64,000 bases of DNA from Octopus sinensis (GCF_006345805.1 NW_021831825.1:308-64307), one strand, 5' to 3'. Counted from the stretch's first letter, positions 38,640 to 55,825 are shown. The notes: generated from the sequence alone by a model not told the origin. Program-made: numbers and translations.

Positions 38640-39830
38640 ATTAGCTGGTAAAAAATATTTTTCGATGAAAACAGCTATTGCCAGAGGAATGAAAAAATAC
38701 CTGAAATTTTCTTTGCCGTTTCAAATCTTTCAAACCCTCAGTAACAGAATTTTCAATTACGCAGAAAAAAAATCACAGATGTGCGAAATGATTCTGAATA
38801 TGTATCACAATCCTTGGCCTGTATTTTTTTTTTAATGACAACACTGGTTCCTGTCAAAAGATTTCTTTTGTTTTTTTCATATAAATGTAGCTTGATTTCA
38901 ATTTCCAAACTAATAACAGCATAGCTTTGATTCTACCTTCAAAATGTTAAACTGATCTCGCAGCCTTTGTAGGTTTTCGGTGAACATTTCAATGTTATCC
39001 TCTTAAAAAATGAACAGCAGCATCTCTTGATTGCAATACCATGTGCAAATTTATTGCAGATCGTACGGCCAGCAAAAATATTGAACCAGACGGATGGGGT
39101 AATTGTGCATCTAAAAGGGGACGAATTACTCCATTTCTGGTTTTTGGCTCCAAACTAAATTTCAGAACATCCTGCAATGCCAATTTGATATCTTCAGATC
39201 TTGCAAATGCTTTCAGTCAATCGATGTGGTTGACCACTGAGTAATTTATATACGGTGAAATGATTAACAGCTTCTGTGTATTAGGAGAATTTTGCCATCT
39301 TTTTTGACTTCAAGGAAAAATATTACAGATACTACAAATTCAATGTATGACATTATTATGTATAGCCTTTGTAGTCCCGTATAGTTGGCTGCCAATATTG
39401 GCACCATTATCATATCTTCGAAGAGAAAACCATTTTTATTCAATGTTTCCTTTGTCAAGCTTACGATCTCAGAACCTGTTTCTAACACCAATCTTCAAAA
39501 GATAGAAATCTCTCACCAGTGTTAACCTCACAATCTATACTTTGGAGGTAACGAATGATAAATGTTGTCTGTTCGACAATCAAGTGTTGCATCAGCTGCC
39601 AGTGAATGGTATTTTATCTTTGATCTTTGTCTGTTTCAAAACGAGAATGGAGCAAAGAGAAATAAATTCATTTTGTGATTCAGTTGACAAATAATGTGTT
39701 TTCAACCTTTTCTCTTTCCCTGGCTCCCCACCCCGCTCCCCAATATAGGATTCAAGTACTTTTCTAACACGTTTTTTTCCCCTCAACCGGCATCCCAATG
39801 AGTCAAAAGTTCAAGCAACCCAACGAATTT
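38640..39830 (-). mobile_element. hAT (Tip100-like) transposase relic
   Basis: HYLSTESQNEFISLC and DNGAN motifs in broken frames; AAACGG repeats near 39910-39925. Confidence 0.7.
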
Positions 39831-40823
39831 ATATTTGTGGACTTTGCAAATTAGATGACAGGCACCCGGAATGCTAACCGTCTACCACCCAGAAATAAAA
39901 TATCTGTTAAACGGTGTTAAACGGTTAACCATATCTGCTGCAATTTGTTTACATAGAAAATATTCCATGCATGTGTTTGAATGAATTCTTTGTTCAAGTT
40001 CTTTCTATGATACAGAGTTCAATTCATACTAGTTATGACATCCTCGCTCAAAAGTTATGTCATATAATCTTCTCCATAGACCCGTAGACATTTCATTCAT
40101 CGTTGTTGTAACTCATACATTAACTCCGTTATTTCCGAAGAGTCAGCGTAGCAAAGAAAATGTTACCTGTTCCATGACGCCTCTCACTAACCAATCTCTC
40201 CCAGACATAAACAGAAAGGGAGTTTGGATCTCTGATTTCCTGAAAGATTGAAGTCAGATGGTGAAGGCTAACGGAGTCCTATCAGAAAAAAAGTATTTGG
40301 TAATATGTAGAGTGCCACAATGACCGTTCTAGATCCCTTTTGGCTGTCACAATGTTGTCAGATACAGAGAAAATATACAATCGATACAGTAGCTCTGCAG
40401 ACAACATGGCGATATCTATGTGTCCTAACAAAACTTAGACGCCATATACAATGAGCGAATGACAGTAACGTGTCGTTTAACACCAAATTATTTTCACAGT
40501 CTCCATTACGGAAGGGAAATCCCTAACACAGTGTTCTAACTCGCTCCAAACAGAGAAATAATTCAAAATTCTGAGCATGTTCGAGTTAAGGACGAACTGA
40601 GGCTACAGATGCGTTTCTCTAAAGGTATTACAAAATTGTTGTTAATCAGGTGAGGACTCAGGGGTTGGATCCTGAGAACGCAGTAATCCCTTGTTTTGGA
40701 TAGTGTTCCCAACTAGGGTCTCATAGCAGTCCAGGTACAATCTTTTGACTGGAAAGATGTTTTTTTTTTAAACATCCACCAAATATAATAATTGTTTCAA
40801 TGTAGGGAGAGAGTTATATCTCT

Positions 40824-41052
40824 TTCTTTACTACCCACAAGGGGCTAAACACAGAGAGGACAAACAATGACAGACAAACGGATTAAGTCGATTATATCGA
40901 CCCCAGTACGAAACTGGTACTTATTTAATCGACCCCGAAAGGATGAAAGGCAAAGTCGACCTCGGCGGAATTTGAACTCAGAACGTAGCGGCAGACGAAA
41001 TACCGATAAGCATTTCGCCCGGCGTGCTAACGATTCTGCCAGCTCGCCGCCT
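40824..41052 (-). mobile_element. Family-M SINE, full length
   Basis: Complete head GGCGGCGAGCTGGCAGAATCG to GGGTAGTAAAGAAA tail. Confidence 0.9.
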
Positions 41053-42751
41053 TGGGATAGAGTTATATCGATTACATCTACCCCATTACCTGACTGGTAC
41101 TTGATTTCATCAATTCTAAAAAACTGAAAATTTCATTGGGAACGCTTCAACGCATTACGTTTCAACCTTTGAGAACGATACTCTAAAAGAACAATATTCT
41201 AAGATTTTCTTTGACGTACCAGACTGAATCAAAAAGTACAATGATATCCTTTCCTTTTCTTCTTCAAACTTTCGCACGAGGAACAGGAGCTACTGGAGTT
41301 TGGAATTAAATGCATTTAAATAACCACCTCCGTGGCAATTCAAATTCATTTTTGAAAAATGTCAGATCAACCCTTTGCAGAAAACTATAATCGCAGCAGA
41401 GATGCCTTCACCAATCAGGTCAGCCAAGCAGAGGTAGCATGTACGCAGATAAACCAAACAAAAACATGGGCCTCTCGATATACACAGAGGCAACACAAAG
41501 TCAATTGAACATTCAATTCCGATGACGGTGTTTCAAGCAATACACTTTATTTCAGATTGCTCCAGTCCGTTCAGCGAGCAAAAGTGAGTTGTACTCGTAT
41601 TTAAAACGCCAGCCATGTCACATTTGGTGTGTAACGCTGAATCTCCCCGAGAACTACGTTATGGGTACGCGTGTCTGTGGGGTACTGAGCCACTTGCATG
41701 TTAATTTCCCGAACGGGCTGTTCCATTGACCAGATATATATATATCTTTATATATATATATATAAAACTGAGAATGTATGTCTGTTTCCCTAAAACTTGA
41801 GAACTACACAACCAATTTCATTCAAATTTTACACATGCCTTACTTAAGGTCCATGTAGTTTCATGGGGAAAAAATGTTCAACTTCTTGCCTAGGGCGACC
41901 CCACAGCAATATCATATCTTCTCCACTATTTCAGTATTACGTGTTAAAAGTGAAACAAAAACATCTCTCTTTTGTAATGCAGACACTTTCATTTTAATAC
42001 TGAAACTATTAAAGTGAAAGTATTATATAACAGGGATGAACCATTAACAGTGGTCATCCATTTTGCTAGAAGATCCGCTATGGTCTTATATGCTACACCA
42101 CTGGTTTTCAGTTCATATTAATCGAATTAATATTCAATTTTTCACCCTTATTATGTGTGTGTGTGTGTGTATTAGCAATTCGTATAAAATTGCATCAATG
42201 ACTTGAACTTGAATAAGTGGTTTCACATAAATGGGGATAAATTAAAAAGGTTTATTGTTATTATTATTACTGTTTGGCTATTGTAATCACGTTTGTTGGT
42301 TCCTCGTTAGGGAAACGTTGTTGTGTTGCATTTGTTAACTAATTGTAAACCGTAACCCTCCCCCTTTGGTTATTGTTTAAAAATTGAATTGCGTCCCTGT
42401 TTGGGGAAATTGACAATATTTTCACCGTTTACACGGAAGCATTTTTGTTAAAATGCCTTCGATAAAAGAAAGTCTAAAAATGAATTTCGCTGCAGCCGTA
42501 CACTTCTATACAAGAGGGAGGACAAGATCCAATTGATCGAAATTGCAAGAGACGGGCGTACAATTCCAGTCTGTTATATATTTTGAGTATTGTTATCACT
42601 AGCGATATCAAGATATAACTTTGTATTTTGTATTTTATGGGTAGATGTATATATATAGATGTACATGTAATATGTACACATATATATACACATATATACA
42701 TGCATAATATATCTACCCATACACACATACGCACACACACACACATACATA

Positions 42752-42890
42752 GGGGCAGGTGTGGCTGTGTGGTAACAAACTACGTTCCAAACACATGGTC
42801 CTGGGTTCAGTCCCACTGTGTGGTGACTTGGCATGTGTCTTCTGCTATAGCCTCAGACCAACAAAAGCCTTCTCAGTGGATTTTGTACAT
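42752..42890 (+). mobile_element. Family-C SINE head fragment inside the Helitron
   Basis: GTGGCTGTGTGG..GGTTCAGTCCCACTG; supplies the false N-terminus of the 889-aa ORF. Confidence 0.8.
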
Positions 42891-42984
42891 ATATACAGGC
42901 ATACATACATATATATACATGCATACGTACATATTCGGCATAAACACTCTACCACTACAACTAATAACTGTGGGAACACTCTCA

Positions 42985-45883
42985 AACTTGCCTTACATTC
43001 GAACCGGAATCTCAACGCCCGCGTTTTCCATCTGAAGTTAATCTCTCTCATGGAGCTCATAAAAAAAGGGCAAGTCTTTGGGCCCATACAATGTGACATG
43101 TACACAATCGAGTGGCAAAAAGGGGGCCTTCCACATGCTCATATCCTGCTTTGGCTCTCAGCGAAGATCAATTCCAATGACATCGACAACATAATCTCTG
43201 CAGAGCTTCCTGATCCAGCTTTAGACAAAGAACTATACGAAATAGTTAAAGCAAACATGGTACATGGTCCATGTGGGCGTGGATTCAACATAAACTCACC
43301 ATGCTTGAAGGACAGCATATGTTCAAAAAGATTTCCAAGGAGGTTTCTACAAGAAACTCAGACAGGTGCTGATGGGTATCCATCATACAGACGCAGAAAA
43401 CCAGAAGACGGAGGTTTCACAGCAACTATCGGACAGCACGATATTGATAATAGATGGATTGTTCCATACTGCCCACTTCTGTCAAAGACTTTCAATGCCC
43501 ACATCAACGTTGAGTTTTGCAACTCCGTTAAATCCATCAAGTACGTTTGCAAATATGTAAACAAGGGTTCTGACGCTGCAATGTTTGGACTTCAACAAGA
43601 ATACTGCCAGGATGACGTGACGCATTATAAGGTGGGACGGTACATAAGTAGCAACGAGGCTTTCTGCCGCATCTTTGGCTTTCCAATTCACCAACGACAC
43701 CCCGCCATTCAACAACTTGCAGTGCACCTGGAAAATGGTCAAACAGTGTACTTCACCGATGCTAAATGCTTCTTTGTTGGCAGAGGAACCAAGGGACAGC
43801 ACACTCACAGCTTTCTTCAAGTTTTGTCAAGTGGATCCGTTCGCTCAAACCTTGCTGTATCCACAGATTCCATCGTACTACAGTTGGAATGGAAAAAATG
43901 GGCCACACAGAAAGCAGGTCAAAATGTTCATGGATACCTTGGCATTAAGTTTCACACTTGCCTTGGGCGAGTATACATAATGCATCCCACTCAACAAGAG
44001 TGCTTCTACCTTCGTCTACTACTGCATGAGGTCAGAGGGCCAACATCTTTCCAGGCCCTAAAAACCGTTCATGGACATGTCTGCACAACATACAGAGAAA
44101 CCTGCTATCGACAAGGTCTGTTAGAAGATGGTGCACAATGGGATGCAACTTTAGGAGAAGCTGCTTTATCACAATCACCTAAAAGTCTCAGGGCACTATT
44201 TGCAGTATTACTACAGGCATGCGAACTGTGTGATCCGGCCACTCTATGGCTCAAATATAGAGACAACCTGGCTGAAGACTTTCAGCGCCAAGCTCAACTG
44301 CTCTACCCTGACATGGAGGGTATCAGCAATGAAATCTATAACAAAACACTCATTGACATTGAAGACAGAATTGCTAAACTGGGTGGAAATGAATTGTCGA
44401 CGTATGGCCTGCCACACGCATTCAGGTCAGGATCAAATAGCCTTCCCACTGCTGTCATTCGTAAAACAACCTACGACACTCAAGCGCTTTCAAAGTACAT
44501 TGTTGAAAATGAGCCTAAATTACTTCCGGACCAGCTGCAGGCCTACAGAACTATTCTTAACAGTGTACGCCAACGCGAGGGACGAATCTTCTTCCTCGAT
44601 GCTCCTGGAGGGACAGGAAAAACATTTATTACAAAGCTTCTCCTTGCAGAAGTTAGGCAGCATCAGGACATTGCAGTAGCTGTAGCCTCCTCTGGCATTG
44701 CAGATACTTTGTTACCCGGTGGCAGGACAGCACACTCAACTTTTAAACTCCCTCTCAATTTAGCAGCATCCGAAATACCTTCATGCAACATCAACAAAAG
44801 CTCAGATCAGGGACAAGTACTTAAAATGTGTCATCTAATTGTCTGGGATGAGTGCACTATGGCTCACAAGGGAGTTTTGGAAGCATTAGATATAGCCCTG
44901 AAAGATAGCCGAGACTGTCAGGCTCCAATGGGAGGTGTAACACTTCTGTTGTCAGGTGATTTCAGGCAAACTCTTCCTGTTATTCCGAAAGGCACTAGAG
45001 CAGATGAAGTCCAAGCATGCCTAAAGTCCTCTACCCTGTGGCATCATGTTACAATCCTCAGTTTCACCACTAACATGAGAGCTCAGCTACACGACGACAA
45101 AATGTCCACAAAGTTTGCACAGGACATTTTGACACTTGGTGAAGGCAAGATGCCTCTCGATGCTGCAGGACAAATGGAAGTGCGGTCATTTTCCTCTGTT
45201 GTTAATTCTGTAGATGACCTCAAAAACGAAGTCTTTCCCAACTTCACACAAAACTACCAAAATCACAATTGGCTGTGTGAAAGAGCAATATTAGCTCCAA
45301 AAAACGTCGCTGTTAACAAAATTAATCAACAGCTAATGCATTCTCTTCCCGGCACTATACACACTTACAAGTCTGTTGATACAATTCCAGATATAAATGA
45401 AGTTGTGACCTATCCTCCTGAATTTTAAAATTCACTGGAGCCTCCTGGACTACCTCCACACATATTAGCACTTAAAGTTGGAACTCCTGTAATGCTACTC
45501 CGCAATCTGGAACCACCAAGACTTTGCAATGGAACACGACTGGTGATAAAGAAAATGATGTCACACGTTATCGAGGCGATCATTCTTTCTGGATGTGGAA
45601 AAGGTGATGACGTCTTTATTCCAAGAATTCCTCTTACTCCATCAGAAGCAGAATTCCATTTACATTCAGAAGACTGCATTTCCCCCTTTGTGTCAGCTTT
45701 GCCATGTCCATTAATAAATCTCAGGGTCAAACCCTCTCTGTAGCTGGTCTTCTCTTGGAAGAGCCCTGCTTCTCTCATGGGCAACTGTATGTTGGCCGCT
45801 CAAGAGTAGAAACCAAAAGAAACCTTTTTGTATATGCTCCACAAGGAAAAACAAGGAACATTGTTTACAACGAGGTGTTATAA
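42985..45883 (+). pseudogene. Helitron Rep/helicase (HUH endonuclease plus PIF1-like SF1B helicase), N-terminally truncated and disabled
   Basis: EWQK(G)GLPHAHILL (HUH), KYVCKYVNKG (two Tyr), APGGTGKT (Walker A), WDEC (Walker B), GDFRQ, LRNL...[22 protein letters not shown]; compensating frameshifts ~43764 and ~43891, TAA at 45426-45428, frameshift ~45650, native stop 45881-45883. Confidence 0.96.
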
Positions 45884-45958
45884 TCTCAACAGCCAGGAGG
45901 TATATACATGATCCCCTTTTTTTTAACAAACTTCATGTACTTTCATGTATTTATATTA

Positions 45959-46012
<54 letters not shown>

Positions 46013-46084
46013 CCATATATATATAACAGAAAAATCTAATTCTTCAATTGAATGTAACCGGGCAACGCCGGGTATCTCTGCTAG

Positions 46085-47660
46085 TCTCTATATATAAAAC
46101 TGAGAATGTGTGTCTGTCTGCCTGTCTGTCGGTGTGTTTCCCTAAAATTTGAGAACTACACAACCAATTTCATTCAAATTTTACACATGCCTTACTTAGG
46201 GTCCATGTAGTTTCATGGCAAAAAAAAATGTTCAGCTTCTTGCCTAGGGCGAGCCCATAGCAATATCATATCTTCTCCACTATTTCAGTATTACGTGTTA
46301 AAAGTGAAACAAAAACATTTCTCTATTTTATGTCAGATACTTTTACTTTAACAATAAAAATAATAATAACAATTGAATTATATGTAGTAAGTAATAATTA
46401 AAATCAAACTAAAGTATAATATAATCGTAACATAGCAAAAGTAAAAATAGCAATTGGTATAAAATTGCATCAATGACTTGAACTTGAATAAGTGGTTTCA
46501 CATGAATGGGAATAAATTAAAAATAAAATTAGCGTGCAGAAATGGAATAGTCCAGATGGAGTTGTGCTTTTACATTAGATTATCTGCTAATTAGCTAGCT
46601 TTAAGTATCTATATGAAGTTTGGCTGTATGTAATATCTGTTTTCTCGAACAGCCGCTCCTACAGAGTACTACTGTCGGTTTATTTCTTATACATAAAGGA
46701 CTAAAGCTTCAAATGCTTACTGCTTTCTGATTCATCGTAAGGTTTGTTGTTATTATTATTATTACTGTTTAACTATTATTATCACGTTTGTTGGTTCCTC
46801 GTAAAGGAAACATTGTTGTGTTGCATTTGTTAAATAATTGTAAACTGTAACCCTCCCCCTTTGGAAGAAGGAGCTTTGGTTATTGTTTAAAAATTGAATT
46901 GTGTCCCTGTTTGGGAAAATTGACAATATTTTCACCGTTTACACGGAAGCATTTTTGTTAGAATGCCTTCGATAGAAGAAAGTCCAAAAATGAATTTCGC
47001 TGCTGCCGTCGGCGGGCGCGAACTCATTGAAACTAAAATGGAAGAAAAACGGATTGATCACCGACAAAGACGGTGAATCTAGGATAACACCACCAAACGA
47101 AATAAAAAATTAAAGAAAAGACTATTGTCTATAAAGTATACAATATATATATATAAAAAAAAGATTTGAACACCTGGAAGAAAGCACCATCGAAAAGTGT
47201 CTTGGTGCGACTATGAAAGATATCTAACCAGAGGCGGTAAATTCGCCGCAATAGAAGCAAGGTTCGAGTCTACGGAGCGTGCAAGGGAATACTCGACACG
47301 AACCTTGCAAAGTGGAAATATTTTATTTTTACCTTTATATCTGGGACGTAGGACGTCCCGGATAAGAATTAAAAATGTCCCCCCAGAAGTAGAGGTAGGC
47401 TGGATTGTAGCCACACTTCTATACAAGAGGGAGGGCGAGATACAATTAATCGAAATTGCAAGAGACGAGCCTACAATTCCAGTCTGTTATATATTTTGAG
47501 TATTGTTATCACTAGCGATATCAAGATATAACTTTGTATTTTGTATTTTATGTGTAGATATATATATATATATAGATGTACATGTAATATGTACACATAT
47601 ATATACACATATATACATGCACTAGCACTAAGACCCGGCAACGACGAGTCATAATGCTAG
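46085..47660 (+). mobile_element. Non-autonomous Helitron directly tandem to the RepHel copy
   Basis: Begins TCTCTATATATAAAACTGAGAATG, like 41745; homologous in blocks to 41745-42714; ends in hairpin plus CTAG|T at 47657-47661. Confidence 0.88.
47030..47500 (+). mobile_element. LINE ORF1-like coding fragment captured in the Helitron
   Basis: YLTRGGKF..IEARF..TERAREYST..L....FLPLYLGRRTSRIRIKNVPPEV resembles RRM-type ORF1 N-termini (recalled, not searched). Confidence 0.5.
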
Positions 47661-48437
47661 TATATATATATATATATATATATACATATATATAAATATA
47701 TATATATATATACTACGGGCTTCTTTCAGATTCCGTGTAGGAAATGAACTCCACCCGAGACTCTAATAGAAGACACATTACCAAGGTGCCACGCAATGAG
47801 ACTGAATCTGGAATCGTGAGATCATGTGTTTCGTAAGATAACTTCTTACCACAGAGCCATTTTTTTTTAAAAAGAAAGGTGATAAGTATATGTCACGCCA
47901 TTTGCAAACCATTTGGCTATACAATATGTCTGCGGATGGGAAAAAAAAAATGAAAAAAAGCAAGAGCGGGAACAACTGTACACGTGCTTCGATTCTGTTG
48001 TTGCTGCGACAATGTAAAACCTGAATCTAGTCGTAGCAGAAAACGTCGTAAAATTCGAATACTTTGTATCGATACGTGAATTTCTACATTGAAATTGCTT
48101 GACCTACGGATTTTGACATCGAAAAAAAAAAAGAAGAAAGAAATCGAAATTAAAAACAAGGTATTATGATAGCAATATGAATAAATATTTTGTAAATATA
48201 ACGAGAATATTTTTTTTTAGATAAAGTTTAACAAAGGGCTCAATGAAATAAAATAATTCAATTTCATAGCGATAATGTAATAACATGACAATATAATTTT
48301 CATATATTTTTATATTACAGCTCAGAAATTAAATTATTCTTTTTCATTGGGCCCGTTGTTAAACTTTGCATAAAAAACATAATACAGCCATATTTACGAT
48401 AAAGTTATTCCTATTGCATATATATATGTATCTATAC

Positions 48438-48507
<70 letters not shown>

Positions 48508-48574
48508 GTATGTATATATACATATATATATGTATATATATATATGTATGTATGTATATATATATGTATATATG

Positions 48575-48607
<33 letters not shown>

Positions 48608-48627
48608 GTATATAATGTATATATATA

Positions 48628-48659
<32 letters not shown>

Positions 48660-48798
48660 TCATATATATGTGTGTGTGTGTGTGTTGTGTGTGTGTGTGT
48701 TGTGTGTATGTATGTAAGTATATAGCATATATGCATATGTAGGTATGTGTGCATGTATGTATGTGTTTGTGCATATATATTGATATATATGTGTGTAG

Positions 48799-48845
<47 letters not shown>

Positions 48846-48909
48846 CATGAGTCTCTCTCTCTCTATATATATATATCTATCTATCTATCTATATATATAT
48901 ATACATATG

Positions 48910-48947
<38 letters not shown>

Positions 48948-49049
48948 TACACATATGTATGTATGCATATATATTTGCAACATATACACGTTCTCATGGA
49001 ATTGGGCTACAAAGTGTGCGTGTGTATGTATGTGATCGTGCGTGTGTAT

Positions 49050-49088
<39 letters not shown>

Positions 49089-49248
49089 AACTCTAAAGTG
49101 CAATAGCAGGGACTGGAGAGGCTGCCGAGAGTTGAGGAGAGCGGAGGGGGTGGGGGTAGAATGACAAATGAGTTTCGATAAGAGAACAAAGAGTAGATAT
49201 CGAAAGAAAAAGACAAGGGAGAGAGAGAGAGAGAGAGAGAGACAGTGA

Positions 49249-49288
<40 letters not shown>

Positions 49289-49339
49289 GAGAGCGAAAGA
49301 AAGAAATGGAAAAAAACCCCAGGAAAGAAAAAGGGAAAC

Positions 49340-50780
49340 AATTTTATAGATGTATCGTCTGCGTGTGCGTGTGTGTGCGTGTGTGTGTATGTGTGTGTGT
49401 GTGTGTGTGTGCGATAAATTTTATAGGTAGCTGCTGTAGTGTACCATTCTGTGTGTGTGTGTGTGCGTGCGTATGTGTGTGCGTGTGCGTGTGTGTATGT
49501 GTGTGTGCGTGTGTGTGTGTGCGTGCGTGTGCGTGTGTGTGTATGTGTGTGTGTGCGTGCGTATGTATGTCTGTGTGTGTGTGTGTGTGCGTGTGTGTGT
49601 GTATGTGTGTGCGTGCGTATGTGTGTGTGTGTGCGTGTGCGTGTGTGTGTACGTGTGCGTGTATGTGTATGTGTGTGTGTGCGATAAATTTTATAGGCAG
49701 CTACTGTAGTGTACCATTGTGTGTGTGCGTGCGTATGTGTGTGCGTATGTGCGTGCCTATCTGTGTGTGTGTGCTGTAGTGTATGGTATATGAATGTGGT
49801 GGTGCGCTTGTGTGTGGTAATAACTGTTTATGTCAGTGTGTGTGTGTGTGTGTGTGTGTGTACGTGCAATTGTGCTCATGAGAGCGTGTGTATTGGGAAG
49901 TCTGTAGTTGTGTGTGTGTGTGCGTGTGTGTATCTGTGTGTGTATGTCTGTGCGTGTGAGTGTGCGTAAGTGTGTGCGTGTGTGTATCTGTGTGTGTATG
50001 TCTGTGCGTGTGAGTGTGTGTAAGTGTGTGCGTGTGTGTATCTGTGTGTGTATGTCTGTGCGTGTGAGTGTGTGTAAGTGTGTGCGTGTGTGTATCTGTG
50101 TGTGTATGTCTGTGCGTGTGAGTGTGTGTAAGTGTGTGCGTGTGTGTATCTGTATGTGTATGTCAGTACGTGTGAGTGTGTGTAAGTGTGTGCGTGTGTG
50201 TATATGTGTGTGTATGTCTGTGCGTGTGAGTGTGTGTAAGTGTGTGCGTGTGTGTATCTGTATGTGTATGTCAGTACGTGTGAGTGTGTGTAAGTGTGTG
50301 CGTGTGTGTATATGTGTGTGTATGTCTGTGCGTGTGAGTGTGTGTGTGTGCGTGTGTGTATATCTGTATGTGTATGTTTGTGCGTGTGAGTGTGTGTGTG
50401 TGTGTGTGTACGTGCAATTGTGCTCGTGAGAGCGTGTGTATTGGGAAGTCTGTAGTTGTGTGTGTGTGTGTATCTGTATGTGTATGTTTGTGCGTGTGAG
50501 TGTGTGTGTGTGTGTGTGTACGTGCAATTGTGCTCGTGAGAGCGTGTGTATTGGGAAGTCTGTAGTTGTGTGTGTGTGTGTATCTGTATGTGTATGTTTG
50601 TGCGTGTGAGTGCGTGTGAGTGTGTGTAAGTGTGTGAGTGTGTGTATATGTATGTATGTATGCACGCGCATGTGTATGTATGTGTTTGTGCGTGTATGCA
50701 TATGTGTCTATATGTATGTGTGTGTGTGTGCGTGTGTGTGTGCGTGTGCATATGTGTGTGTGCGTGTGTGATGCTGGTTA
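49340..50780. repeat. (TG)n-derived tract including a ~54-bp minisatellite (~49910-50390) and a ~60-bp block repeated three times
   Basis: 18-aa periodicity in the ORF track; GTACGTGCAATTGTGCTC block at ~49860, 50408 and 50518. Confidence 0.9.
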
Positions 50781-51282
50781 TTCGTAGTAATGTATATTCA
50801 CGTTGTTCTTATGTAACCAAACATTGGCCTTGATCGACACTCCTTTAACCAAAGAATTTCCATTCGTGACCATCCCATTTATTTTACACACCCATAGTAG
50901 ATCCACAACCGCATCATCTACTCTGTCCTTTATTTCATGACGCCGAGTTAAGGAGCATTTCGCTGCTATTTCTAGCCGATCGAGAGACCATGTGGAGGCT
51001 CTCTCATTTGTTTGTGCTGTTATCTTTCGTTAAATAGACTTCTAAACCCAGTAAACCCCACACACGTTCCAGCCAAGACCATTATGTATATTTAGGGATT
51101 TAAGGGACTACATTATTTAATATGCCCTTTATTTGACACAGAAGCGTGTGATTTAAAAATGTTTTGTCTACTATTTCTAGCAGGTCGGTCTACCATGTAG
51201 GAGCTCTTATCACTTTATCTGGTGTGTTTATAAATATATTGATAAATGAATGTGTGTGTGTGTGAGAGAGAGAGAGAGAAGA

Positions 51283-51321
<39 letters not shown>

Positions 51322-51629
51322 GGCATGTGTGGGTGTGTGCTGGTGGGCGTGTGGGCATAAAATATCTGATGAAACATACGTCTGTGTGTCACTATATAAT
51401 ATATATATGTATATATGTATGCATGTATGTATTTGTATGTATGTATGTATGCATGTATATATGTATGTATGTATGTGTGTATGTATGTATGTGTGTGTAT
51501 GTATGTATGTGTATGTATGTATGTATGTATGTATGTGTGTATGTGTGTATGTATGCATGTATATATATATATATGTATGTATGTATATGTATGTGTATAT
51601 AAATAACGCTCCCGTCTCTTTCCGCCGCT

Positions 51630-52095
<466 letters not shown>

Positions 52096-52929
52096 TCTAA
52101 CAATCCATATATTGATACCATGACAGCCATAAACACCACTACCTCTTGTTCAGGCGAAAAGAAAAACACACACACATATAAGCATACATATCTACATACA
52201 TACATACATACATACATACATACATACATACATACATACATACATACATACATAACATACATATTCATATAAGTATTTATATATACGTATATGTGTGATG
52301 GACAAGCATACCTGACGATGGGAACGGTGTGTGAGATGTGTGACTGAATGTGGGCGGCGGTCGGGGTGTGGCTGTAGTGGTGGTGGTGCTAGTGTGCATG
52401 TGTGTGTGTGAGTGGAGGGCGGTGGGAGAAGGTATTGTCAGGAACGGCGTGTGTCTGATACAGCAGCAGCGAATGCGGTGGCGGTGAGCGGCGGCAGCGG
52501 CTGCGATGCCAAAGATGGCAACGGCGGTTGTAGTGGTGATGATGGTTGTGATGATGATGGTTGTGATGATGATGGTTGTGATGTTAGAACAGAGAGGCGA
52601 ATACAAAGGATAATGGTGATGGGATGCTGGGATGGTGAGTGGTGGTGGTGGAGGTGGGGCGGCGGCTTTTTTTCACTTTGATGTTGGAAGATAACATCCA
52701 ACTACTTCGATTGACTTTTTCAAATTCTTGCTTTGATGTTATTTAACAAAGAGCGCCGTAAAGCCGCGGATGATGCTGTTCGGCAGCAGCAGCAGCGATG
52801 GAGGCTGCAGTGGTAGCAGTGAGAGTAGTAGTAGTGGCAGCAGTAGAAACTGCAGCAGTGGTAGAAGCGGCGCTTCTGGGGCGGGGTGGAGGGCGGGGGT
52901 GGTTGTGTGTATAGATGATGATGGCCAGT

Positions 52930-55680
<2,751 letters not shown>

Positions 55681-55771
55681 TGACTATAATGACTATGATC
55701 AGTATAATACTGATAAATAAGTACTTTTTCTACATTAGATATCATACACATACATACATACATACATACAT

Positions 55772-55825
<54 letters not shown>

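Larger units (their letters stand above)
41745..46084 (+). mobile_element. Helitron carrying a RepHel pseudogene
   Basis: A|TC 5' end at 41744/41745; 3' hairpin CCGGGCAACGCCGGG at ~46058-46072 and CTAG at 46081-46084. Confidence 0.9.

Noticed and set aside
42759-45428. 889-aa ORF as an intact functional RepHel gene
   Set aside because: SINE-derived start, compensated frameshift pair, premature stop and missing N-terminus
47960-48120. CpG-rich stretch with a possible small exon or basic peptide (RSRKRRKIR)
   Set aside because: Short, weak splice donor and no recognisable homology
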